Source: Dehalococcoidia bacterium (GTDB taxonomy: Bacteria; Chloroflexota; Dehalococcoidia; Plut-88900). From it: 64,000 nucleotides of DNA. The position numbers and the translations under genes are program-made. Under the pieces are notes generated by a model, which was not told the origin of the DNA, did no database searches, and saw nothing but the letters and a program-made list of their open reading frames with translations. The stretch lies in assembly GCA_965249275.1 (NCBI GenBank), contig CBDFLQ010000005.1, positions 448,001 to 512,000 on the forward strand. The letters are read 5' to 3'. Positions 1 to 9,737 of the stretch are shown piece by piece (the stretch's first letter is position 1; every line of letters begins with the position of its first letter).

Positions 1-229
1 CATCAAGGAGCGGGAAGTGGCGGTAGCGGTGGCCGTCTACTTCAGCTGCCTGTGGGCGGGTTCGGCTCTAGGCCCGTTGATCACCGGTACTGTCGGAGAC
101 ATATTCAACGATCTCGGCACGGGGCTGCTCGTCGCCGCCTTCGGCCCTTTGACCCTCTCCACCTCGGGCGTCATCCTGGCTTTAATCGGGCGGCGTCCGG
201 AAGCCGAGCCCCCACCCATGCTTCCGTGA
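1..229 (+). CDS. MFS transporter, C-terminal fragment (truncated by window start)
   Basis: Hydrophobic helices (WAGSALGPLITGTVGDIFNDLG) match the C-terminus of the adjacent MFS paralog (WVGGFLGPLVVGVIADATQDLR). Confidence 0.75.
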   Translation, partial: IKEREVAVAVAVYFSCLWAGSALGPLITGTVGDIFNDLGTGLLVAAFGPLTLSTSGVILALIGRRPEAEPPPMLP

Positions 230-248
230 GTGCATCAAGGTTTTACCC

Positions 249-1493
249 ATGATGCATCTCCTCCGCAGGCCCACCGACTCCCCCACCTACGCCTGGGTGG
301 TTATCGGCACGTTCCTCGCCAACTATTCTCTCGTCGACATTGCTGCCCTGACTATCGGTCTTCTCCTCCCCTCCATATCGGACGAGATGGACCTGAGCGG
401 TACTCAGCAGGGGCTCCTCTCTTCCGCGGTGGTAGTCGGCAACCTCGTCTTCGAAATTCCTGCCAACGCGTGGCTCTCTCGCTACCGGCCCTGGCGCGTG
501 GCCAGCATCGCCTTTATCGCTTCAGCCTTCTTTACCGTCCTCAACGGCTGGTCCCCGAACTTCATCATCTTTCTGGCCATGCGGCTCCTCCTCGGCTTTG
601 CCTATGTCGTCTGCAAGGTGCCCAGGACCCTCGTACTGCTCCAGTGGGTTTCCCGCCGACGCATTCCCCTGGCCAACGGGATAGTCTTCAGCGTTATCGA
701 TAGCATGAGCGGGGTCGGGTTCATCGTAATCCCCATCGTCCTGGGTATCCTGGCGGATTGGCGGCTAACCCTCTATGTCTGGGCCGCCATCATCTTTGCC
801 GCAGCCCTTGTCTGGCTGGTCCTCGGCAAGGACCGCTACACGCCCGAGTATCGGGCCGGCATCCAGTCCCAGGTCGGGACTCCGCTGACGGCCATGTTCA
901 AGTATAAGGAGCCCTGGTTAATGGGGTTCGGCACCGGTGGCGCCATCGCCGCTCGGATCGGGTTCACCACCTTCTGGCCCACATTCACGCAGGACGTCTT
1001 TGCCATCTCTCTCACCTTCAGCGGTATCGTGATTGGCATGGTCTCCATTGCCAGCACCCCCGGCAAGCTCGCCGTTTCCATCATCCCGTCCCTGGTCAAA
1101 CATCCTTCAATGGTGCTCTTCGTCTGCGGCTTTCTCACTTGTGGGTCCTTTGTCGGCATGTTGTATACCGACTCCCTCGCCTTGCTCCTTTTCCTCGGCT
1201 TCATCAACGGCATCGGCTTCTGCTACTTCCCACTGATGGTGACCGAGCTTTACGAACTCCCGAACATCCGCCCCCGGGAGCTCACCGTCGCCGTGTCGGT
1301 GATGTTTACCCTCTTGTGGGTTGGCGGTTTTCTCGGGCCCCTGGTGGTCGGCGTCATCGCCGATGCCACCCAGGATCTCCGGTACGCCCTGTTCATAATC
1401 TCCTTCGGGAGCCTGAGCCTCAGCATCTCGGCGCTCCTTCTTTCAGCCTTCGGAAAGCGCACCCCGATTGACTTACACTCTGACCCTCCTTAG
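249..1493 (+). CDS. MFS transporter
   Basis: 414 aa with about 12 hydrophobic segments and an MFS-like RLLLG motif. Confidence 0.85.
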   Translation: MMHLLRRPTDSPTYAWVVIGTFLANYSLVDIAALTIGLLLPSISDEMDLSGTQQGLLSSAVVVGNLVFEIPANAWLSRYRPWRVASIAFIASAFFTVLNGWSPNFIIFLAMRLLLGFAYVVCKVPRTLVLLQWVSRRRIPLANGIVFSVIDSMSGVGFIVIPIVLGILADWRLTLYVWAAIIFAAALVWLVLGKDRYTPEYRAGIQSQVGTPLTAMFKYKEPWLMGFGTGGAIAARIGFTTFWPTFTQDVFAISLTFSGIVIGMVSIASTPGKLAVSIIPSLVKHPSMVLFVCGFLTCGSFVGMLYTDSLALLLFLGFINGIGFCYFPLMVTELYELPNIRPRELTVAVSVMFTLLWVGGFLGPLVVGVIADATQDLRYALFIISFGSLSLSISALLLSAFGKRTPIDLHSDPP

Positions 1494-1538
1494 GATGAGC
1501 CGGTAATTACGCCCCGACCCTGGGGCAGGGGGTGCTAT

Positions 1539-2504
1539 ATGTCCACATCGGTTTCCCTAGGCAGCGGAGAGTTTACGTATGCGCCCCAAGAGGGCTGGGC
1601 GCAGCTTCCCGACGGCTGGTCTTTCAAGGAGTGCGCCGACGTCGCCGTAGACTCCAACGACCGCGTCTACGTCTTCAACCGCGGGGAACACCCCGTTATA
1701 GTTTTCGAAGCCGACGGCTCTTTTGTCGGGTCTTGGGGAGAGGGCGTCTTCACCACCGCTCACGGCATCACCTACGCCCCCAACGACACCATGTACATGG
1801 TCGACCAGAAGGACCACAGCGTACGACGATGCACCCTCGACGGACGCGTCGTGTCCACTATCGGCGTACCCCACGAGCCTTCCACCCGCTGGAGCGGCCA
1901 CGCCTTTAACGAACCCACCAAAGTGGCCGTTTCGCCCAAGAACGGAGACCTATTCATCTCCGACGGCTACGGCAACTCCCGCGTCCACAAGTACAGCCCC
2001 GACGGACGCCACCTGTTCTCATGGGGAGGCCCGGGTATCGACCCCGGGGAGTTCGTCATCCCCCACACCATCCTGGTAGACAACAACGACAATGTGATAG
2101 TCGGCGACCGGGAGTGCAACCGCGTCCAGATTTTCGATACAAAGGGCAAGCTGCAGCACATTTGGAAGAACATCTGGAAACCCGCGGGCATGGCCCTTGG
2201 CCCCGACGGCAACCTCTACATCGCCGAGCTCTGCGGAGACTCCTATTTCGCCGATGCACCAAACGTCGGCAACCGGGTCAGCGTCTACACCCTAGACGGG
2301 AAGCTTTTGGCCCGACTCGGAATGCCCACTCAGGGCGAGGGGCCCGGACAGTTCCTCGCTGCCCACGGCATCACCGTCGACTCCCGCGGGGACGTTTATG
2401 TCGCCGAGGTATCCTGGACAATGGTCGCCAGGCACTCTGAAAACCCCAGGGAGATGCGCAGCCTGCAAAAGCTGGTCAGGCAGTCCGGACCGGAGGTCGG
2501 CTAG
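1539..2504 (+). CDS. NHL-repeat beta-propeller protein (peptidyl-alpha-hydroxyglycine amidating lyase-like)
   Basis: Repeated NHL units: DVAVDSNDRVYV, ISDGYGNSRVHKY, GDRECNRVQIFD, HGITVDSRGDVYVAE. Confidence 0.85.
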   Translation: MSTSVSLGSGEFTYAPQEGWAQLPDGWSFKECADVAVDSNDRVYVFNRGEHPVIVFEADGSFVGSWGEGVFTTAHGITYAPNDTMYMVDQKDHSVRRCTLDGRVVSTIGVPHEPSTRWSGHAFNEPTKVAVSPKNGDLFISDGYGNSRVHKYSPDGRHLFSWGGPGIDPGEFVIPHTILVDNNDNVIVGDRECNRVQIFDTKGKLQHIWKNIWKPAGMALGPDGNLYIAELCGDSYFADAPNVGNRVSVYTLDGKLLARLGMPTQGEGPGQFLAAHGITVDSRGDVYVAEVSWTMVARHSENPREMRSLQKLVRQSGPEVG

Positions 2505-2563
2505 GCTAGAATGGACCTCCACGTTTCCGCACTCCCCACCCCCCTCAAGGAAGAGAGAACGAC

Positions 2564-3313
2564 TTGGGACTCGTAATAATCGCGGTCATCATCATCCTTG
2601 TGGTCATGATAGTCCTGGTGTCGCGGAAGCAGGCGGGCAGGCCCGCGGTGCCCGGCTCAGGCAATGTCATATCGCAAATCAAGCCCCTGGAAAGATTCGC
2701 GAGAGTCAACATCGGCAACGCCTTCCATGTCGAGATCAAGGAGTCGACCCAGTTCAGTGTTTCTCTCTCCGCAGACGACAACGTGATCAACTTGGTCGAG
2801 GTTGAGAAAGAGGGAGATACCCTCCGCATCGGTCTCGAGGCCGGCGATTACAGCGACGTGACCCTCAGAGCCCGAATCACCATGCCCGAGTTGCTGGGCG
2901 TCATGCTCACAGGTGCAAGCCGTGCCACCCTGGAAGGTTTCGCATCCGCCAACAATCTCAGCATCAGCCTGTCGGGGGCCAGCGTTTTGGAGGGGTACGT
3001 CGAGGCCCGGGAGGCCGACCTCCGCATCAACGGCGCAAGCAAGCTCACTCTTGCCGGTTCCGCCGACAACCTCCTGGTCCGCGCATCGGGCGCCAGTGTC
3101 CTGGAACTCCGGCACTTCTCCATCGACCGCGCCTCCGTGGTACTCAATGGCGCAAGCCAGGCCGCCGTAAACGTGCGCGGCTCCATAGAGAACGCCGAAC
3201 TCAGCGGCGCTTCCGTGCTCATCTACGATGGAGACCCGGGGCTGGGAGACATCCAGACCTCCGGCGCATCCAAGATCGAACCCCGGCAGAGCGAAGAAAT
3301 CCCTCACTCTTGA
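2564..3313 (+). CDS. Membrane-anchored head GIN / DUF2807 (Toastrack-like) domain protein
   Basis: N-terminal TM helix followed by GSGNVIS and multiple xSGAS beta-solenoid repeats. Confidence 0.8.
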   Translation: MGLVIIAVIIILVVMIVLVSRKQAGRPAVPGSGNVISQIKPLERFARVNIGNAFHVEIKESTQFSVSLSADDNVINLVEVEKEGDTLRIGLEAGDYSDVTLRARITMPELLGVMLTGASRATLEGFASANNLSISLSGASVLEGYVEAREADLRINGASKLTLAGSADNLLVRASGASVLELRHFSIDRASVVLNGASQAAVNVRGSIENAELSGASVLIYDGDPGLGDIQTSGASKIEPRQSEEIPHS

Positions 3314-3329
3314 GTAGGCCGTAGGGAAT

Positions 3330-3563
3330 ATGCTCTACAGAAGCCGAACAAACCGCAAGATCTGGGGTGTCGCCGGAGGTCTCGGCGAATATTTCGGCAC
3401 CGACCCGGCCACCGTTCGAACCATATTCCTCGTCTTCCTCCTGATGGCGGGATTCTCTGTCATTCTCTACCTATTCCTGGCCGTGATGATGCCCCTGGCC
3501 CCGGAACCCACCCCCGACTCTCCGGAACCCGAGGAAAGCGGGCCCCATCCTTGCGATGCCTAG
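3330..3563 (+). CDS. pspC: PspC domain protein
   Basis: LYRSRTNRKIWGVAGGLGEYFG...YLFLAVMMP is the PspC signature. Confidence 0.85.
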   Translation: MLYRSRTNRKIWGVAGGLGEYFGTDPATVRTIFLVFLLMAGFSVILYLFLAVMMPLAPEPTPDSPEPEESGPHPCDA

Positions 3564-3575
3564 CCCGCACCCGGC

Positions 3576-5087
3576 ATGCCCTCGCTAGCCCTCCCCAGCC
3601 CGGCTCGAGCCGTAGTCGAAAGCCCTCATTACAAGTGGTGGGTATACGCCGCGGTTGCCCTCGGCACCTACTTCACCGTGGTGGACCAGACCGGCATTAA
3701 CATCGCCCTGCCCTTCATCTCCGACCAGTTCGGTCTCGACATCCCAACCGTCCAGTGGACACTCCTCGCTTACGTCCTCACCACTGCAATCATGTTCATG
3801 CCCGTCGGCCGCCTCGCCGACATCATCGGGCGCAAGAACGTTTTTCTAATTGGCTTGAGCATCAACATCATCGGTGCGGCCATTGCAGGCACGGCGACTA
3901 TCTTCCCGATAATCGTACTCGGCAAAGTGATACAGGGGATTGGCGTCGCTGGCATCCAGGGCAACGGAATGGCTATCATCGCTTCCAATTTCCCGGATAG
4001 CGAGCGCGGCAAGTCCATAGGTCTCTACACAGCCATCATAGGATCGGGGCTCACGTCGGGGCCCATAATCGGCGGCTTCCTCGTCCACTGGTTAAGCTGG
4101 AGGGCGGTATTCCTGGCAAACGTTCCAGTGGGAGTGCTTGCCATTGGCCTCGCCCTCCTGACCTTCAAGCCCATGGTCTCCGGAGCCGGGGGCGCGTCCG
4201 GGTTGCGCACCTTTGACTGGCGTGGCGCAGCCCTGTCCGCAGGGGCATTTGTAGGCTTCCTCATGGCCATGAGCAACGGGCACCGATTCGGTTGGAGCTC
4301 GACTCCCATCCTGGTCAGCTTTGCGGCGGCGGGTGTGCTGTTCGCGGCCTTTATCTGGTGGCAGTTGAAGGCCACCTACCCGATGCTCGATCTCAGTCTC
4401 TTCAGAAGCAAGGTCATGGCCATGGCCGTCTCGGCCCGGACGCTCAACTTCCTGGCAACCTCCTCCGTGGCATTCCTCATGCCCTTCTACATCATCAACG
4501 TCATGGGCTACTCACCGGACCGGGTCGGCCTGCTGCTGGCCCCCGGCGCCCTGTGTATGGGCGTAATAGGTCCTTTCAGCGGCTACCTGTCGGACCGCTT
4601 CGGCAGCCGTATAACCGCCACCATTGGCCAGGGCTTCGAGGCCTCCGCCCTTTTCTCCCTGTCCCAGCTTTCTCCCGACTCCTCCCCGGGCTACGTGCTC
4701 ATGTGCCTTGTGCTGGCCGGCATAGGCGCAGGGTTCTTCAATGCCTCGAACGGCACGGCCATCATGAGCTATCAGGACCCGTCCAAGTTCGGAATAGTGG
4801 CGGCCCTGCTCAACGTCATCCGCACTTCCGCCAACATCACCGGCATCGCCGTCGGTACAACCATAGTGACTATCATCATGGCTTCCCACGGCCACGAACC
4901 GAAGCTCCCGCTCACTACAGGCGACGCGTCACCGGCAATCAACAGCGCCTTCGTCTCGGGCCTCAACCTGACCTACCTCATCGCTGGCAGCCTGCTCCTG
5001 GTATCGATTGTCCTGTCCGCCCTCCACGGCTCGGCCCGCAGGGAAGTTGCTATTGGAGGAAAGTCGCCAGCCCGCACCCGCCGGTGA
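3576..5087 (+). CDS. DHA2-family (EmrB/QacA) 14-TM MFS transporter
   Basis: NIALP, GRLADIIGRK, GPIIGG, WRAVFLANVPVG, FDWRG and PMLDLSLF motifs. Confidence 0.88.
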   Translation: MPSLALPSPARAVVESPHYKWWVYAAVALGTYFTVVDQTGINIALPFISDQFGLDIPTVQWTLLAYVLTTAIMFMPVGRLADIIGRKNVFLIGLSINIIGAAIAGTATIFPIIVLGKVIQGIGVAGIQGNGMAIIASNFPDSERGKSIGLYTAIIGSGLTSGPIIGGFLVHWLSWRAVFLANVPVGVLAIGLALLTFKPMVSGAGGASGLRTFDWRGAALSAGAFVGFLMAMSNGHRFGWSSTPILVSFAAAGVLFAAFIWWQLKATYPMLDLSLFRSKVMAMAVSARTLNFLATSSVAFLMPFYIINVMGYSPDRVGLLLAPGALCMGVIGPFSGYLSDRFGSRITATIGQGFEASALFSLSQLSPDSSPGYVLMCLVLAGIGAGFFNASNGTAIMSYQDPSKFGIVAALLNVIRTSANITGIAVGTTIVTIIMASHGHEPKLPLTTGDASPAINSAFVSGLNLTYLIAGSLLLVSIVLSALHGSARREVAIGGKSPARTRR

Positions 5088-5138
5088 CGGCCAGGAAAGC
5101 ACATTGTGCTTTACAATACCGTCGGAGAACGGAGACAA

Positions 5139-5429
5139 ATGACTACCCCAAACTCTGAATACGGAATGGAAGAGATCCCTATCGCCAAAGCACGTGAGAT
5201 GCTCTCCCGACTGCCGGAGTTACTGCTCGCCGAGAATCGGGCAGTGGCGCTCACGCGGCACGGCAAGCCCGTGATGGCCATGATGTCGTGGGACCTATTC
5301 GAGTCCATAACGGAGACCATGGACATCATGGGCGACCCCGACTTGATGACCGCGCTCCGTCAAAGCATAGAGGATGCGCGCGCAGGACGTTTCATCTCCC
5401 TGGAACAGGTCAAAAACGAACTGGTCTAA
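5139..5429 (+). CDS. Phd/YefM-family antitoxin (no adjacent toxin)
   Basis: IAKAREMLSRL...VALTRHGKPVMAMMS...ETMDIM; GGAG upstream of ATG 5139. Confidence 0.8.
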   Translation: MTTPNSEYGMEEIPIAKAREMLSRLPELLLAENRAVALTRHGKPVMAMMSWDLFESITETMDIMGDPDLMTALRQSIEDARAGRFISLEQVKNELV

Positions 5430-5480
5430 AGGCCACCCTGGCCCGGGCCTCGTGAAGAGTGGAGGTGCGCGGACTGGTGT

Positions 5481-6686
5481 CTAGCGCTTGTCTACCGCCA
5501 CCTCGCCGCGAGCGATCACGAGTTGTAGGCGGCGTAGGTTCTCGATGTTTTCCAGGGGATTGGTCTCGATGGCTATGAAGTCTGCGAACTTCCCGGGCTC
5601 GATGGTACCTAACTTGTCACCCGCTCCACAGACTTCCGCGGAGGTCTGGGTGGCCGCCACTATCGCACCGTAAGGCCCGAGCCCCACCTTAGATAGCATT
5701 TCCAGCTCCATTAGAGCAGCCTCGCCCGGAGGTCCCTGGTCCGAGCCGCTGGCTATCTTCACCCCCGCATTCAGCGCCATTCGGAAGGACTCATCGTGGG
5801 TGGGGGCAAAGAAGTTGGCCCGCTCCCGGAACTCCTCGGGAAGGGGATGGTGCTGACAGTATGCCGCGGCGGCATCGGAATCGGCTTGCTCGGGGGTCAG
5901 GTGGCTCAGGGCCAGGGTAGGAACGTAGTAGGTGCCGGTGTCGGCCATCATCTTGGCCGCTTCCTCATCCATCACGTAACCGTGCTCGATGGACCGGCAT
6001 CCGGCGTTGACGGCCCACTTTATGGCCTCGGGGACGGTGGCGTGGACGGCGGCGGGGATGCCCCGCTGCTTTGCGATGGTTAGCGCTGCCTCCATCTCCC
6101 CACGGAGCATCATGATGTTCGTCATCACGTCGTGCCCCGAGCCCATTATCCCCCCCGTGGTAACAAGCTTGATGTGGTTCACGTAGTGCATGATCTCGTT
6201 ACGCACGGCGTGAATGAAAGCGACCGGCCCGTCGATAGGCGTGTCCACGTCAGCCATGTGCCCGGCCGTAGTATTCAGGGCGTGACCGCCGCAGAAGAGC
6301 CGAGGCCCCTTGAACTGTCCGGCGGAGAAAGCATTCCTGAGCGCAACGTCGGCCCACTCCTGCACCCCGACGGTCCGCAGGGAGGTAACACCCATGTTTA
6401 GGGCATCCATACTGTTCCGGGCATATGCCAAGACCCGGGGAATGAGGTCGAGTGCGTCTTCCTCAACAGCCTCGTGGCCATAGGTGCCCTTGTTCAGGTG
6501 GGTGTGCACGTCCCACAGGCCCGGAAGCAGGTACGCCCCATCGAGGTCGACAACCTGGTCGGCGTCGGTAGCCGGGCCGGAGGTCACCTGCCGGATAACC
6601 CCATCTTCCACCAGAACGTTTCGCTCGGTGCGGACCTCGGGGGTGGTGGCGTCGATTATATTTACGTTTTTAAGCACCAGGCTCAT
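5481..6686 (-). CDS. Amidohydrolase family protein (prolidase-like subgroup)
   Basis: PGLWDVHTH, IKL, AVHA, SIEHG, GSD and GTIEPGKFAD motifs. Confidence 0.88.
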   Translation of the reverse strand: MSLVLKNVNIIDATTPEVRTERNVLVEDGVIRQVTSGPATDADQVVDLDGAYLLPGLWDVHTHLNKGTYGHEAVEEDALDLIPRVLAYARNSMDALNMGVTSLRTVGVQEWADVALRNAFSAGQFKGPRLFCGGHALNTTAGHMADVDTPIDGPVAFIHAVRNEIMHYVNHIKLVTTGGIMGSGHDVMTNIMMLRGEMEAALTIAKQRGIPAAVHATVPEAIKWAVNAGCRSIEHGYVMDEEAAKMMADTGTYYVPTLALSHLTPEQADSDAAAAYCQHHPLPEEFRERANFFAPTHDESFRMALNAGVKIASGSDQGPPGEAALMELEMLSKVGLGPYGAIVAATQTSAEVCGAGDKLGTIEPGKFADFIAIETNPLENIENLRRLQLVIARGEVAVDKR

Positions 6687-6814
6687 GGGAGATTCCTCCT
6701 GTGATGGGGTGAGTATAGCATCAAGTAGAGAGCCACTTATCCCCGCTCACGGAGCATAGGGTATACTTGCTCCATTCACCCCATTTCAGCTATGACCTGT
6801 TCTCAGGTACCGCC

Positions 6815-7924
6815 ATGAACGATCGCCTCGCAGCCGAAATAGAGCGTGTCCACTCTGACAAATCCATCCGGACCTTAGACGAAGCCAATGTCAAGCAGGG
6901 TGTCATATTACCTATCCTGAACGCCTTGGGTTGGAACCCTTTCAATACCAACGAAGTCCGGCCTGAATACCCTGTGCCAGGTGGTAATGTTGATTATGCC
7001 CTTCGCCTCGATGCGAAAAACAAAGTTTTCTTAGAGGCAAAACGGCCCAGTGAGGATATAAGTAAGCATCAAGTGCAACTTCTCAATTACTCATTCGCAG
7101 ATGGAGTGCCACTGGCGATCCTCACCAACGGCCTAGACTGGTGGTTCTACCTACCTCTCCGGGTAGGGAGTTGGGAAGAGAGGCGCTTCTGTAACATCGA
7201 TCTAAGGGATGGCGATATATCACCAAAAGTGGAGTTGCTAACACGATATCTCTCTAAAGTGCACATTGGTTCCGGGGAGGCAATTACATCGGCCGAAATG
7301 CACCTGGACATCGTGCTAGGTTTCAGGGAGGTAGAACGAGCCTTGCCCAGAGCGTGGGAACAGCTAATCACAGGTCCGGACGACATCCTTGTAGAGTTAC
7401 TGGACGAGAAAGTAGAGGCATTGTGCGGCCAGAGAGCCGGGCAGGACAGGGTAATCCGCTTTCTCGCCGACCTACCTTGGCACGCCTCTGAGTCCCTTGT
7501 TTCCCACATCCAGTCTAAACCCTCCCTGCCAAAGCGACAAACCCCTACAGTTCGTCACAAGATAATCGCTAGTTTCACCGGAGACCGATATACATGGGAG
7601 CACCGTAATTACACCTTCAAGAAGATCGCAAGTTTCACCTTCAAAGGCGAACCTTGTGCTTGTCGCTCATGGCCAGGAATGTTGGTTGCTCTGGCCGAGA
7701 TGATTTACCAGCGGCATCCCGAGGGATTCCACCAGGTGATTGAGAGCAGCAACCACTACTTTGGACGTAGTCAAGAAGGGATGGCCAACCCTAACCCCGT
7801 GGGCAACTCTGGCTACTATGTGGGAGTCGGATACAACACTAACACCATTTACAACCAAAGATGCCGCGACCTGCTACGCAAATTTGGCTACACCCAGCAA
7901 GACCTCGTCATAGAAACAATCTAG
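6815..7924 (+). CDS. Type I restriction HsdR N-terminal-like nuclease with C-terminal putative DNA-reader domain
   Basis: EANVKQGVILPILNALGW, VRPEY, VDYAL, FLEAK, QLLNY, ILTNG; lower GC than the flanks. Confidence 0.8.
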   Translation: MNDRLAAEIERVHSDKSIRTLDEANVKQGVILPILNALGWNPFNTNEVRPEYPVPGGNVDYALRLDAKNKVFLEAKRPSEDISKHQVQLLNYSFADGVPLAILTNGLDWWFYLPLRVGSWEERRFCNIDLRDGDISPKVELLTRYLSKVHIGSGEAITSAEMHLDIVLGFREVERALPRAWEQLITGPDDILVELLDEKVEALCGQRAGQDRVIRFLADLPWHASESLVSHIQSKPSLPKRQTPTVRHKIIASFTGDRYTWEHRNYTFKKIASFTFKGEPCACRSWPGMLVALAEMIYQRHPEGFHQVIESSNHYFGRSQEGMANPNPVGNSGYYVGVGYNTNTIYNQRCRDLLRKFGYTQQDLVIETI

Positions 7925-7948
7925 TCCCCCCAACTGGACCCCACCCCA

Positions 7949-8503
7949 ATGGTTGAAACCCGACCCGCAACCCTAACCTACGAAGACTACCTCAAGACCC
8001 CCGACGACGAGCGGTGGGAACTCCTCCGGGGAGAACTGATAATGGTACCTGGCCCCACCTTTGCCCACCAAAAGATCGCCGGACGCTTGTTCCTATTCCT
8101 GAACGCATTTGTAGAGGAGAAGGGACTTGGAGACGTCGTCTTTGCTCCCTTCGATGTAGTCCTCTCCCGCAACAATGTGTTGCAACCCGACCTCCTATTC
8201 GTCTCCAAGGACCAACAGTCCATCATCACCGACGCCAACATACAGGGCGCGCCCGCGTTGGTTGTAGAGGTCATCTCTCCGTCCACGGCAAGCAAGGACC
8301 GTGAATTGAAGCGGCGCATCTACGCAGAGCATGGCGTTAGCGAGTACTGGCTCGTTGACCCCGATGCCCGCGCCATATCTGTTATGTCATTACAGGATAA
8401 GGACTTCCGGGAAGTCGCTAATTACGGCGTTGGAGCAGTCCTGTCCTCCCCGACATTAGATGGCCTCGCACTTGATCTGACTCGCATTTTCCCGTCTGCC
8501 TAG
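7949..8503 (+). CDS. Uma2-family endonuclease (DUF820)
   Basis: RWELLRGEL, LQPDLLFV, GAPALVVEVISPST, EYWLVDP. Confidence 0.9.
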   Translation: MVETRPATLTYEDYLKTPDDERWELLRGELIMVPGPTFAHQKIAGRLFLFLNAFVEEKGLGDVVFAPFDVVLSRNNVLQPDLLFVSKDQQSIITDANIQGAPALVVEVISPSTASKDRELKRRIYAEHGVSEYWLVDPDARAISVMSLQDKDFREVANYGVGAVLSSPTLDGLALDLTRIFPSA

Positions 8504-8685
8504 CCTGCCTCAGCCCTCAATCCGGCAAATGTGATGGGAGCCTCGCACCTCTAGTCCACTGTCGTTTCGCCTCATCTCTTTTTCCGTTTGCCCCCAAGCC
8601 CAGTGAGTTATCATTGTATTAAGGGGCTAAACGCCATACACGAAGCCCCTCCCTAAACAAAGTCCGGCATCCGGGAGCAAAAATC

Positions 8686-9666
8686 ATGGCCAATAACAAG
8701 AATCCTTACGACGTAGTGATAATCGGGCAGGGGGCCTCGGCCTTTGGGGCGGCGTTGTACTCGGCTCGGTACCAGATGAAGACCCTAGTCATCGGCGACG
8801 AGTTCGGGGGCGAGACCGCCACGGGCAGCATCATCGAAAACTACCCAGGCTACTCGCACATTGACGGGTTCGACCTGATGCTTGCGATGAAGAAGCAGGT
8901 CGAGGATCTTGAAGTCGAGATAGTTACCGACGAGGTCAAGGAGATTCAAAACGACGGCAACTGCTTTATCTCTACAGCCCACGAAGGCCAATACCAGAGT
9001 ACGGCGGTCATCCTTGCCGTGGGCCGGGAGCGCCGCAAGCTGGGCCTTTCCAACGAGTCGGACATGCTGGGGAAGGGCGTCTCCTACTGCTCGACCTGCG
9101 ACGCACCCCTATACCGAGACCAGACCGTGGCGGTGGTCGGGGCTGGAGACGCGGCGATAAAGGGAACGGTGCTGCTGGACAAGTACGCCTCTCGGGTGTA
9201 CCTGATATACCGCAAGGACAAGCTCACCCGCCCCGAGCCCGTAAACCTGGCGATGCTGGAAAGAGCCGAGAACGTGGTCCAGCTGGCCGGCACCAACGTC
9301 ACGGGGCTGCTGGGTGACGAGAAACTGGAGCGGCTGGCCCTGGACCAGCCCTATGACGGCGTAGGGGAGTTAGATGTGGACGGCCTGTTCATCGAGATCG
9401 GTGCAGACCCGAGGAACGCGTTGGCCAGATCCCTCGGCGTGATGATCAACTCCCAGGGCGAGATCATGGTCTCCAAGATGATGGAGACAACGGTGACGGG
9501 CGTGTTCGCCGCGGGTGACGTGACCGATGCCACCGGGGAGCTGAAGCAGACCATCACCTCGACGGCCCAGGGGGTTATCGCAGCGACCTCGGCGTACAGG
9601 TACGTGTCGGAGCACGGTAACATGTGCCAAATGCACGCCGCCGGTTTCGAGCTTGCCGCGGTGTAG
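8686..9666 (+). CDS. trxB: Thioredoxin-disulfide reductase (divergent nucleotide-binding motifs)
   Basis: IENYPG, GVSYCSTCD redox CxxC, GVFAAGDVT. Confidence 0.85.
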   Translation: MANNKNPYDVVIIGQGASAFGAALYSARYQMKTLVIGDEFGGETATGSIIENYPGYSHIDGFDLMLAMKKQVEDLEVEIVTDEVKEIQNDGNCFISTAHEGQYQSTAVILAVGRERRKLGLSNESDMLGKGVSYCSTCDAPLYRDQTVAVVGAGDAAIKGTVLLDKYASRVYLIYRKDKLTRPEPVNLAMLERAENVVQLAGTNVTGLLGDEKLERLALDQPYDGVGELDVDGLFIEIGADPRNALARSLGVMINSQGEIMVSKMMETTVTGVFAAGDVTDATGELKQTITSTAQGVIAATSAYRYVSEHGNMCQMHAAGFELAAV

Positions 9667-9737
9667 ACCGTCGCGGCTGGTCGTAGATATACTTCACCCT
9701 CCTAGATGCGATCTCCCTTACAGAAGGAGCCGACACT

